A stretch of 64,000 nt of DNA, from the IMG/VR virus record IMGVR_UViG_3300025141_000031; one strand, written 5' to 3'. Positions 29,211-37,247 of this stretch are shown piece by piece. The position numbers and the translations under genes are program-made. Within the stretch, counting starts at the first letter, position 1, and each line of letters opens with the position of its first letter. The notes below the pieces were generated by a model. That model was given only the letters and a program-made list of their open reading frames with translations. It did not search any database and had not been told where the DNA came from. Source of the DNA: a virus.

Positions 29211-29617
29211 TATAAGTTCCCTTTTTGTCTTTCTAAATATTTTTGAAGATCTTCTAATCCTTTTTGAGAACTATTAATATATCTAGATATTTGTTTTTCA
29301 GCTGTTTCATATTGATAATCACCTGTCTCATCAGCTTTCATTTCTATGTTAGTTCCTAATTCTTGATGAAACTCATCTATAGACGTTAATAATGTATTTA
29401 TTTGATCTGAGTAATATTCAATATCAAATGGTTCTGGTCCTTCTGGATATTGTCTATCTACTACACCAGCTGCTTGCTTTTCTGCTGCAGTTCTCATTCT
29501 TGGAAAAGCTCGGCTCATTGGAGCTTCTAATAATGAATCTCCTGTCTTTAATGTATTAACTTTTGCAAAAGCTTGTCTACCTTCAAATAATCTTTGATAT
29601 TGTTTTTTTAAGTTCAT
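29210..29617 (-). CDS. Hypothetical head-region protein (possible internal head protein)
   Basis: Start moved to ATG 29617 (GGAG SD, no overlap). Begins MNLKKQYQRLFE/G...LLE/A. Confidence 0.7.
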   Translation of the reverse strand: MNLKKQYQRLFEGRQAFAKVNTLKTGDSLLEAPMSRAFPRMRTAAEKQAAGVVDRQYPEGPEPFDIEYYSDQINTLLTSIDEFHQELGTNIEMKADETGDYQYETAEKQISRYINSSQKGLEDLQKYLERQKGNL

Positions 29618-29618
29618 T

Positions 29619-29885
29619 TTAGTACTCCACTGAGTCAATATATAATGTAGGCTTACCATTAGCCATTCCAAATAAAGATCCTGCTGAAACTCCTTCTAAT
29701 CCTAAATTCTTTGCTCCTTCAAATGCAAGTGTATCTTTTGGTCTAGTTACTGAGTATTTAGAAGCATTATTTGCTCCTAAGCCTTCTAATCCAGTATTCT
29801 TTTTTCCTTCTCCAGCTAATACATCTGATTGAGGTGTTGTTTTGGTTGGTCCAAATATTGATTCCATATCTTTTAACATTGCCAT
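29619..29885 (-). CDS. Small hypothetical protein with internal duplication
   Basis: 88 aa with TAAGGAG SD. Repeat LAGEGKKNTGLEG / LAFEGAKNLGLEG. Confidence 0.7.
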   Translation of the reverse strand: MAMLKDMESIFGPTKTTPQSDVLAGEGKKNTGLEGLGANNASKYSVTRPKDTLAFEGAKNLGLEGVSAGSLFGMANGKPTLYIDSVEY

Positions 29886-29887
29886 GA

Positions 29888-30490
29888 TTAAAACTCCTTA
29901 ATTATATCGGTTATTAATTTATTAACATTTCCATACTTATCTGCCTTAGGATTTTTTCCTTCATTAACTGGCGATAAAAATGCTCCATGTGTTGATGGAT
30001 TAGAAACAAAGTCAAATGCAATTAATTCAAAATCAGGTTGTACTTCTAATGTATTATCTCCTTCGCCCATTACTTCTTTTACTGATCCCATTCCTCTTGA
30101 GCTAATACCTAATCTAATTCCTGATTTGAAAAGTTCTTTTAATATATTACCTGCTGGTGTTCCTAAAACTTCTACAGTACCACATAAGTCATCACCCTTC
30201 CAACTCATACCTAAAACATTATGAGATACATTATTTAAATTCACTACTGATGAATCTGGATGGTCTAATTCTCCTAATGCTCTTTTTTCTGCAATAAATG
30301 AACCTTCATATTTCTTAGCTTCTCTCATTAGAGTTTCTCTAGGATATACTCGTCCATTTTGGTTTTTTGATTCGGCTCTTTGAAGAACTCCTGATACAAT
30401 TAATTTTCCACCATTCTTTGAAAGACTTTCAGTTATTTGTTGAGGAGTTATCTCAAATGTTTGATAATTAACTAATAATTGTTTTTCCAT
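29888..30490 (-). CDS. gp21: Prohead maturation protease (T4 gp21-like)
   Basis: NQNGRVYP, ALGELDHP, GISSRGMGS and FDFVSNPS. Confidence 0.96.
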   Translation of the reverse strand: MEKQLLVNYQTFEITPQQITESLSKNGGKLIVSGVLQRAESKNQNGRVYPRETLMREAKKYEGSFIAEKRALGELDHPDSSVVNLNNVSHNVLGMSWKGDDLCGTVEVLGTPAGNILKELFKSGIRLGISSRGMGSVKEVMGEGDNTLEVQPDFELIAFDFVSNPSTHGAFLSPVNEGKNPKADKYGNVNKLITDIIKEF

Positions 30491-30500
30491 TTCTCGACTC

Positions 30501-31028
30501 CTATTGTGATAATTCTTTTAATCGATTTGCAATCCTTGTCATTCTTTCATTTATCTTTGCAAATCTATTTCCGGTTGATTTCCAAAAATGGTTTGATTGA
30601 ACTCCCATTTCTGTCTTTAACCTTAAATTGTTATTTACTATCTTTTCCATTAATCCTAACATTTTATTAACTTCGGCTATTCCTCTGTTAACTTTTTGTT
30701 GTGGTGTTGATGTTGGATCTTTTTTATAGTCTCTATATGATGTTTCATTTATTACACCTGTTTCATGAATCATTGTCATCATTTTTTTATATAATGAATC
30801 TTTTACTAATTCGAAATCAGTTGCAGTAGTTGCATTATCTTTTTGTTTCTTTTTACCTTTCTTATCATCATCATGAAAAGCATATGGAGTTTTAACAGGT
30901 CCTTCACCGCCATCTATATTACCAGTTGCAGTTGCTTCACCTAATTCTTCTTCATTGTGTTCATATCCAATTTCTTCAGAATCTTCCTCTTCCTTTAAGT
31001 ATTTTTTAAATTTATCTAGATATTTCAT
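30501..31028 (-). CDS. Putative internal head / core protein with capsid-targeting-like N-terminus
   Basis: MKYLDKFKKYLKE resembles the T4 internal-protein leader MKTYQEFIAE. Also ELGE/A and VINE/T. Confidence 0.65.
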   Translation of the reverse strand: MKYLDKFKKYLKEEEDSEEIGYEHNEEELGEATATGNIDGGEGPVKTPYAFHDDDKKGKKKQKDNATTATDFELVKDSLYKKMMTMIHETGVINETSYRDYKKDPTSTPQQKVNRGIAEVNKMLGLMEKIVNNNLRLKTEMGVQSNHFWKSTGNRFAKINERMTRIANRLKELSQ

Positions 31029-31032
31029 TATT

Positions 31033-31344
31033 CTACTTTCTTAATAAATAAATTGTTGCACTCGATGCAGCGGTTATTTTAGAAACTGATATATCATATA
31101 CTACACCTGCTGTTAAATTAGTGGCTGCTATAGAACCTCCACCAGGTTGATGTAATACTGCACTACCATGAGTCTTAACAATTACCGCATTCCATCTTTG
31201 ATCATTAGAACCGGTATAATCAGTTTGGCCATCTGCAACCGTTGTAGATGCAAATGCTGAAAAGTTTCCTTTTGTATTATATTGGCTTCCTGAATCTTGG
31301 TAAGTTGCAAACCAGGTTTCTTTTTGTGATGGATTAGCACTCAT
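31033..31344 (-). CDS. Small beta-rich virion protein (hypothetical)
   Basis: 103 aa with GGAG SD. Contains SGS/TGS motifs. Confidence 0.7.
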   Translation of the reverse strand: MSANPSQKETWFATYQDSGSQYNTKGNFSAFASTTVADGQTDYTGSNDQRWNAVIVKTHGSAVLHQPGGGSIAATNLTAGVVYDISVSKITAASSATIYLLRK

Positions 31345-32216
31345 TATTTAGTCTCCACATTTTTAAGTTCTTTAATCAATTCATAATAACGTAACATAGT
31401 CAATACATCTTTATCTTTAACTGAAGGTGCATTACCTATTTTTGTTAACATACTATTTACTTCATTTAACTTAATTTTAACTATTTTGGAACCAACTCTT
31501 ATAGCTGATCGTTTTAGTTCTTTTTGGATAACTGGAATTTCTTTTTGGATAAATTCTTTTAATGCAACTGTATTTGTTACATTATTAATATATTCACGTA
31601 GTATATTCTTTTGACGTTGATTAAGACCATTATATTTATCATTAAATTTATCAATTAACATTTTATATGATAATAATCTTACATCTTTAGGTTGAACTGC
31701 GTAATGATCTTTTACAACAGTACCTTCCTTTTTCTTAATAGGATTAGCTATCGTATTTCTTAATACATGTTCTACCAATGTTGCTTTTGATCTTACTATT
31801 TGAGCTGGATTATCAACTTCTGCATATTCAAATAATTTATATGCTGCCGCCATTATATTATAATTTGATACTCTAGCTTTAAAGAAATTATCAACTATAA
31901 ATTGATCGTTAATTTCTTTAATAAGATTATATTTTTGTCTACGTAATATGTTTAAGTTTAAAGATTTACGAGCAGTAATACATGCTTGTAAAAACTTTTG
32001 CGCAGAAGTTTCTGTTTTGAACTCCTCTTCTTGGAGTGTTCTATATAATTGTAGTTCTTTTCCTAGTTCAGTTCCTGATTTGAAATGCTTTTTTATGATA
32101 GGTAAGGCTCTTGTTTTACGTCCATGCATTGTATCAGCCGCAACTTGTCTTACTAGCATCTCGAAAAGAATACCTGTATTTTTAAACTTTGAATGCTTAA
32201 TTTTTTTCATTGACAT
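31344..32216 (-). CDS. Hypothetical head-assembly protein downstream of portal
   Basis: 290 aa, basic and helical. KIKHSKFKNTGILFE N-terminus. Confidence 0.75.
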   Translation of the reverse strand: MSMKKIKHSKFKNTGILFEMLVRQVAADTMHGRKTRALPIIKKHFKSGTELGKELQLYRTLQEEEFKTETSAQKFLQACITARKSLNLNILRRQKYNLIKEINDQFIVDNFFKARVSNYNIMAAAYKLFEYAEVDNPAQIVRSKATLVEHVLRNTIANPIKKKEGTVVKDHYAVQPKDVRLLSYKMLIDKFNDKYNGLNQRQKNILREYINNVTNTVALKEFIQKEIPVIQKELKRSAIRVGSKIVKIKLNEVNSMLTKIGNAPSVKDKDVLTMLRYYELIKELKNVETK

Positions 32217-32245
32217 ACTGTCCCGTTTGTTCGCTTTATTTTTAA

Positions 32246-32253
32246 ATAAATAT
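32246..32253 (-). promoter_or_regulatory. Class-1 (putative late) promoter motif ATATTTAT
   Basis: Intergenic, between portal and the 290-aa gene. Confidence 0.6.
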
Positions 32254-32271
32254 AGAGTAATTAAAGTTTCA

Positions 32272-34158
32272 CTACGCTTTTTCTTCTTGAATCAGTACAT
32301 CTTCATCTAACATTGTTCCTTTATCTGGGTCTTCTTTTTTCTTTGAAAGACTTTCGGTTAGAACTTTTGATGACTTTTGTTTCTGAGATAAGAATGATGC
32401 AAAGGCTTTTGCTTCTGTGCTTAGTGGAGAACCTCCTCTGTACTTATGTTGTAATGGTGATTTATCAGGCGTACCAGATTTTGATATCTCTTTATCTCCT
32501 AATGCGTCTCTACCGTAGTCTGATTTTGATCGGCCCCAAGCTCCATATTCTTTTGGACGACCAGGACCTGCTACTGGATTATCAGCTCCTTCATCTTGTT
32601 GTCCTGGAATTTCCAGATCTCCTTGCATATGCATTGCAGCTATATCATGAGGTGTTCCAAAGGACTGATTTGTCTTTTGTGGGTCGTTTCCTTCTGATTT
32701 AATCTGTTCTTTTCTGAATTCTTCTTTGAGATCTTCTATTACTTGCAATTGTTCTTCCTTCCATTCATTATGACTCATTCCAAATACATTTTCATAAACA
32801 TATTTCTCAGAGAACATTCCTGATTCTTTGAAGTTTGAAACTAATCCTAACTTCTCATTTAACAATTCTACTTTTTGTTTTTCATAAACAATTGATGGAT
32901 TAGTTAATTGTAATTCAAAGTTAATTAAATCTGCATCTGTGTATCCTTGTGTATATAAATGTACGATTGCAATCTTAGTTAATTCAGATGTAAATATCTT
33001 TTGTATTCTTTCTATTGTTCTTGCAAATCTAATATCTTCTGCAGCTAATGTTGCTTTACCTTCAACACCTTCATCATACCCTAAAAATGCTTTTGGAATT
33101 CTTAAAGCAGCATGCATTTTATTTCTTAAATATTCAATATCTTCTACATGGCCTTCATTACTAGTACCAGGTAAAGATTCAATATTAGTTCCTGATTCAC
33201 CACCTCTTACTGGTAAGTAATAATCTTCTAACATATTTTGTAGATTAAATTTAAGATTATAATCACCAGTTGTTTCATCCATATAAGGAACTTTTTTCAT
33301 TTTGTTCATTATTTGTTGCATATGCGAATCAACTTCACCTGGTGGTATATTTCCTACATCTATTTTAAATATTCTTCTTTCAGGAGCTCGCATGATACGA
33401 TGTAATAACATTGCATCTTCCATTAACATTAATTGTTTAAATATTTTCCTTGCACCTTCACACATTGATTTACCGTACGGTAAAAAGTTTGTGTCTGACA
33501 ACAATCTAAAATGTGCTATTTCAAATGGGTCGTATTCTGTTTGAGAATTTCCACCAACGCCTCCTACATTACTCATTCCTTCATGATAAAATTTAACAGC
33601 ATATGGATTTTTTTCATCAAACATTTCTTCACGTCTCATTTCATATGCAGATAATGGAACTACATTTACAATACCAATTTCTTCATCAATATCTAAATGT
33701 AAATAAAAATCTCCGTACTTACATGCATTTCTTATCCATGGCCATAAATTATATTCAATATTTAATACATCATAGAATAAATTTCTTAAGATCTTTCTTA
33801 TATTATCATCTTGTGATTTAATTGTAAGCGTATCTCCATCTGCATCTTTTACTGTAGATTCATCTGCGTATATATCTAATGCAGAAGAAATAATTGGGTC
33901 CATATCCATACCTTCATAATCTGTATAAAGTTCAACTCTGTTTTGATGGTAATTTGCTGTATTATTATATGTGCTCCAGCCTGGATTTCTTGTATGTATT
34001 CCTGAGAACCTGTCGATATATTTTGTTTGCTTCATGTTCCCAAGCGATTGTAACTTATTTGAATCTACAACTTGTAGTCTCTTCTTACCAATTCTACGAA
34101 CTATTACGTTTGTTGAAAAGAGCCTTCTTAGTCTAGATCTTAATGATTTGTTTGCCAT
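32272..34158 (-). CDS. gp20: Portal protein (T4 gp20-like)
   Basis: LMEDAML.HRI.RAPERRIFKIDVGN.P, EDYYLP.RG and DIEY...K...AL.IP. Confidence 0.97.
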   Translation of the reverse strand: MANKSLRSRLRRLFSTNVIVRRIGKKRLQVVDSNKLQSLGNMKQTKYIDRFSGIHTRNPGWSTYNNTANYHQNRVELYTDYEGMDMDPIISSALDIYADESTVKDADGDTLTIKSQDDNIRKILRNLFYDVLNIEYNLWPWIRNACKYGDFYLHLDIDEEIGIVNVVPLSAYEMRREEMFDEKNPYAVKFYHEGMSNVGGVGGNSQTEYDPFEIAHFRLLSDTNFLPYGKSMCEGARKIFKQLMLMEDAMLLHRIMRAPERRIFKIDVGNIPPGEVDSHMQQIMNKMKKVPYMDETTGDYNLKFNLQNMLEDYYLPVRGGESGTNIESLPGTSNEGHVEDIEYLRNKMHAALRIPKAFLGYDEGVEGKATLAAEDIRFARTIERIQKIFTSELTKIAIVHLYTQGYTDADLINFELQLTNPSIVYEKQKVELLNEKLGLVSNFKESGMFSEKYVYENVFGMSHNEWKEEQLQVIEDLKEEFRKEQIKSEGNDPQKTNQSFGTPHDIAAMHMQGDLEIPGQQDEGADNPVAGPGRPKEYGAWGRSKSDYGRDALGDKEISKSGTPDKSPLQHKYRGGSPLSTEAKAFASFLSQKQKSSKVLTESLSKKKEDPDKGTMLDEDVLIQEEKA

Positions 34159-34174
34159 AATATTCTACTTTTAT

Positions 34175-34182
34175 ATAAATAT
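34175..34182 (-). promoter_or_regulatory. Class-1 (putative late) promoter motif ATATTTAT
   Basis: Upstream of the portal gene. Confidence 0.6.
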
Positions 34183-34189
34183 GTTTGTA

Positions 34190-35773
34190 TTATAAAAGCC
34201 AGGTTAAATCGTCGTTGTCTTTGTCTCCGGAGTTCCAATCCCAACCTGTACCTTTTAAATCTGTTTTGGTTGTATATAATCCTGCGTCTGTTTTTCCTAT
34301 ACCTCCTAATGATTTTCTATTTAAATCCATTCCTTGTTGTTGTAATCTTAACGCAGTATCTCGCATCCATAATCCTGTTGCAAATGATATTACTAAATCA
34401 TCGTTATATCCTCTAGAAGCTTCTGCTCTATGTCCTAACCAAATAAATGTAAATAATTCATCTATTAATCGTTTACTATGTACTATTGGAGTTTTATCTC
34501 TAAAATATGTTTCTAGTTTAGATATTACTAATGGACGTGTTCTAGATGTCATTGAAAATCCAGGAACTTTTTGTGATTTTTTCTTTAAATCATAATTTTT
34601 CTTTAAGTGTATCTCTTCATCCAAGTATCCGTCTTGTTTATAAGAATAGTATATATTTGGATATCCTTTATCTAACGCTACTTGTATTGATGCCCATCCT
34701 ATATTAGCATTTTCAACTACTAGTAACGCATTATTATATTCTGTAGCAACTGCTATTAACATATTACCATATTCGGTAGTTCCTATCTTACCTTTATATT
34801 CTGCAACTTGTTTACATTGTTCTGTATCAAATACGTGAAATGCGGAATAATCTGTTGAATCTCCTCTTGCGACATCAGCTACTACCATATAATTCTTTGA
34901 GTAATTTGGATATTCCCAAATCCAGTAATTACCATCAAATCCTCTTTTTTCTATTGGTTCTTTTACATATGTTTGTTCATACCATTGTAATATCTCACCA
35001 TCTACTACTGTATGACCTGAACTAATAAAATCGCAATCACATTCTTGCGCTGCCATTTTTTCACCTAATAATTCTGTTTGTTTAGCTCTCCATTTATCAT
35101 CTCTATCTGGATGTACTGTCCAATGAAGTTTTATATTATTAAATTCTCCGCCAGCGGTTGCTTCTACCCATTGTTTATGGAACCAATTTCCAACACCATT
35201 AGGAGTTGATAATGCAATACAATCACCACCTGTTGCTAGTGTTTGTTGAGCGGCTGTCCAAATTTCATCAATTTTATCAATAAATGCTGCTTCATCAAAT
35301 ATCAATAATGATAAGGCCTCAGATCTACCCGCATCACCTTTAGATGATATAGCTTTAACCTGTGAACCATTTGTTAATCTTAATGATAATTTGTTATCTT
35401 CTAATACTGAACCACTTAACCATTTAGGTAAATTTTCATGCATTACTCTAACTTTAGTTACAAGATTTTTTGCAACATCTTGTTTAGTTGCAATAACCAA
35501 AGCATTAAAATCAGAATGGAATAACATTTTCCATAAAGTATACCCAGCTGTTAATGTTGAAATACCTAACTGTCTAGATTTAAGAATAATGTTATATCTA
35601 TTTTGTGATATCTGTGTTAATGAATCTTCTTGGAATGGGTATAAATTAAAGTATATCTTTCCTTGAGTTGGATGTTGAATTATACAGTATTTACGCATAA
35701 AGTGTATAGGATCTTGTACACACTTCTTATATTCATCGTGTATGATTTCTTTTAATGTTTTCTTAACTGACAT
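34190..35773 (-). CDS. gp17: Terminase large subunit (T4 gp17-like)
   Basis: Walker A KSRQLGIST, Walker B LLIFDEAAF, STPNG, and nuclease motifs ADVARG and NDDLV. Confidence 0.97.
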   Translation of the reverse strand: MSVKKTLKEIIHDEYKKCVQDPIHFMRKYCIIQHPTQGKIYFNLYPFQEDSLTQISQNRYNIILKSRQLGISTLTAGYTLWKMLFHSDFNALVIATKQDVAKNLVTKVRVMHENLPKWLSGSVLEDNKLSLRLTNGSQVKAISSKGDAGRSEALSLLIFDEAAFIDKIDEIWTAAQQTLATGGDCIALSTPNGVGNWFHKQWVEATAGGEFNNIKLHWTVHPDRDDKWRAKQTELLGEKMAAQECDCDFISSGHTVVDGEILQWYEQTYVKEPIEKRGFDGNYWIWEYPNYSKNYMVVADVARGDSTDYSAFHVFDTEQCKQVAEYKGKIGTTEYGNMLIAVATEYNNALLVVENANIGWASIQVALDKGYPNIYYSYKQDGYLDEEIHLKKNYDLKKKSQKVPGFSMTSRTRPLVISKLETYFRDKTPIVHSKRLIDELFTFIWLGHRAEASRGYNDDLVISFATGLWMRDTALRLQQQGMDLNRKSLGGIGKTDAGLYTTKTDLKGTGWDWNSGDKDNDDLTWLL

Positions 35774-35781
35774 ATTTTTAT

Positions 35782-35813
35782 TTAATATAAAGAAATTTTT
35801 GCAGAAAACCTAA
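35782..35813 (-). promoter_or_regulatory. Class-2 (host-like) promoter upstream of terL
   Basis: Minus strand TTAG-N20-TATATT. ATG 10 nt downstream, no SD. Confidence 0.6.
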
Positions 35814-35823
35814 TAAAATACAA

Positions 35824-36240
35824 TTACTTTTTGTTTTTGGTATCTGGGGCTTTGACACGTTTTTCCATCGTTCTACCACCAAAATAAGCACCTATTACTG
35901 TAATAAGAACTAATTGTAATAAATCGGTCCATTTTTCTTCTACTACAAATTTAATTGTTCCGGCATCAATGAATATCATTAATACTGTAGATATAACTAA
36001 GAATGCTAATGTTAATGGTCTAATGTTCTTAGATAACCATGAGTCAGAGTTCATATCTGCTTGCCATCTAGAAGTTATTTCTTTTTCCATTTGGGTCTCA
36101 TAGTTAGCTATTAATTCTTTAACCTTCTGTTCAGCAGCTAGCTTTTCTTCTTTAGAAGTATGTAAATCATCTATAACTCCACCTACTCCTTTAACCAATT
36201 CTGTAGCTCCGCCACTAAATATGTTTGTTAATATACTCAT
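35824..36240 (-). CDS. Holin (3-TM / GTA-holin type)
   Basis: RWQADM.SDSWLSKNIRPL, two hydrophobic helices and a C-terminal AYFGGRT.EK. Confidence 0.85.
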   Translation of the reverse strand: MSILTNIFSGGATELVKGVGGVIDDLHTSKEEKLAAEQKVKELIANYETQMEKEITSRWQADMNSDSWLSKNIRPLTLAFLVISTVLMIFIDAGTIKFVVEEKWTDLLQLVLITVIGAYFGGRTMEKRVKAPDTKNKK

Positions 36241-36896
36241 AACTGTTCTCCTCTTTTAAGTCCGTTTAAAACGTTTTGTTTATAAATATTATACTCTTTC
36301 ATTATAGTTTCATTGAATTCTTTATCAGACATTGCCTCTTCAAATGTTTCTATATCTCCATCAGCATTTTGTACATTCTTTAATTTTTGGGTTAACATTT
36401 TTCTTAATCCTTCTACATCACCATCTGCATCCTTAAAAAATGATTTTGCATTATCTAACATCTTTTGCTTACAATATACATCCCATGCTTCTTTATCATT
36501 TCTTAATTTAGTTTCAAATGTTACAACACAATCAAAACATTGTTTATGAGTTACCCAAAATTTCTTATTAAGGTTTGATTCTTTTTCGGACATGTTTTGT
36601 CCACATTCTGGACAATTATTTGGCATGGATAATTCTTTTTGTAGTTTACGTACCAAATATCCTGCTTCGGATTCTCTAGATTTGAATCCATCGTGTTGAG
36701 TTACTCTTGTTCTTGTGCCAGATACTAAATCTGTTTCTATCCAAACTTTAGGTTTATCATTTTCATCTATCTCGATGATATCATCTTTATTTACTTTGGT
36801 TTTTGTATTTCCGTAGTAATGTGATTGTCGAGTTTGAGTTTTATGCGTACCTGACAACATATCTTGGATGGCCTTGACATTCTTTAGTTTGCTCAT
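36237..36896 (-). CDS. Hypothetical Zn-finger protein
   Basis: 219 aa with CPEC...CFDC. Confidence 0.7.
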   Translation of the reverse strand: MSKLKNVKAIQDMLSGTHKTQTRQSHYYGNTKTKVNKDDIIEIDENDKPKVWIETDLVSGTRTRVTQHDGFKSRESEAGYLVRKLQKELSMPNNCPECGQNMSEKESNLNKKFWVTHKQCFDCVVTFETKLRNDKEAWDVYCKQKMLDNAKSFFKDADGDVEGLRKMLTQKLKNVQNADGDIETFEEAMSDKEFNETIMKEYNIYKQNVLNGLKRGEQL

Positions 36897-36914
36897 ATGT
36901 ATAACCTTATTTAA

Positions 36915-37217
36915 TTAAACTTCTCTATCACCGCCTGTTTGTGCAGAACGTTTCATTCTTGCAAGTTGGCTTCTTAATTGTGATACCTTATTAACAGGTA
37001 ATCCGACTAAATCAGCAAATTTTGCAATTGCTTGAGCTTTTTCAATATCCGTTTTTAACATATTTAGAAATCTAGATAATCCCTTTCTTTCCATATATTG
37101 AAAGATTCTAGATACTTTTTGACGCTCGCTTCCACCTAGTCCTGAACCATATGGCCCTTCTTTGAGCATTTTACGGATTTCTTTTCTTATCGCTTCTCGT
37201 AATAAATCTTCTTTCAT
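36915..37217 (-). CDS. Small basic protein, possible internal head protein
   Basis: MKEDLLRE/AIRKEIRKMLKE/G propeptide-like N-terminus followed by a basic helical body. Confidence 0.7.
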   Translation of the reverse strand: MKEDLLREAIRKEIRKMLKEGPYGSGLGGSERQKVSRIFQYMERKGLSRFLNMLKTDIEKAQAIAKFADLVGLPVNKVSQLRSQLARMKRSAQTGGDREV

Positions 37218-37238
37218 TGTTTTTCCCTTATTTTTTAT

Positions 37239-37246
37239 ATAAATAT
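37239..37246 (-). promoter_or_regulatory. Class-1 (putative late) promoter motif ATATTTAT
   Basis: Upstream of the 100-aa/Zn-finger/holin genes. Confidence 0.6.
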
Positions 37247-37247
37247 G

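Noticed and set aside
29618-29671. Track start at 29671 (and similarly 50364 and 51717)
   Set aside because: These extend into upstream genes. The downstream ATGs at 29617, 50334 and 51702 have an SD or stop-start coupling.
34190-35773. Intein or intron in terL, portal, capsid or polA
   Set aside because: Lengths are normal or short, motifs are contiguous, and there are no splice-junction or homing-endonuclease signatures.
36237-36896. Calling the Zn-finger gene the small terminase
   Set aside because: Its position near terL is suggestive, but there is no gp16-like motif. Left as hypothetical.
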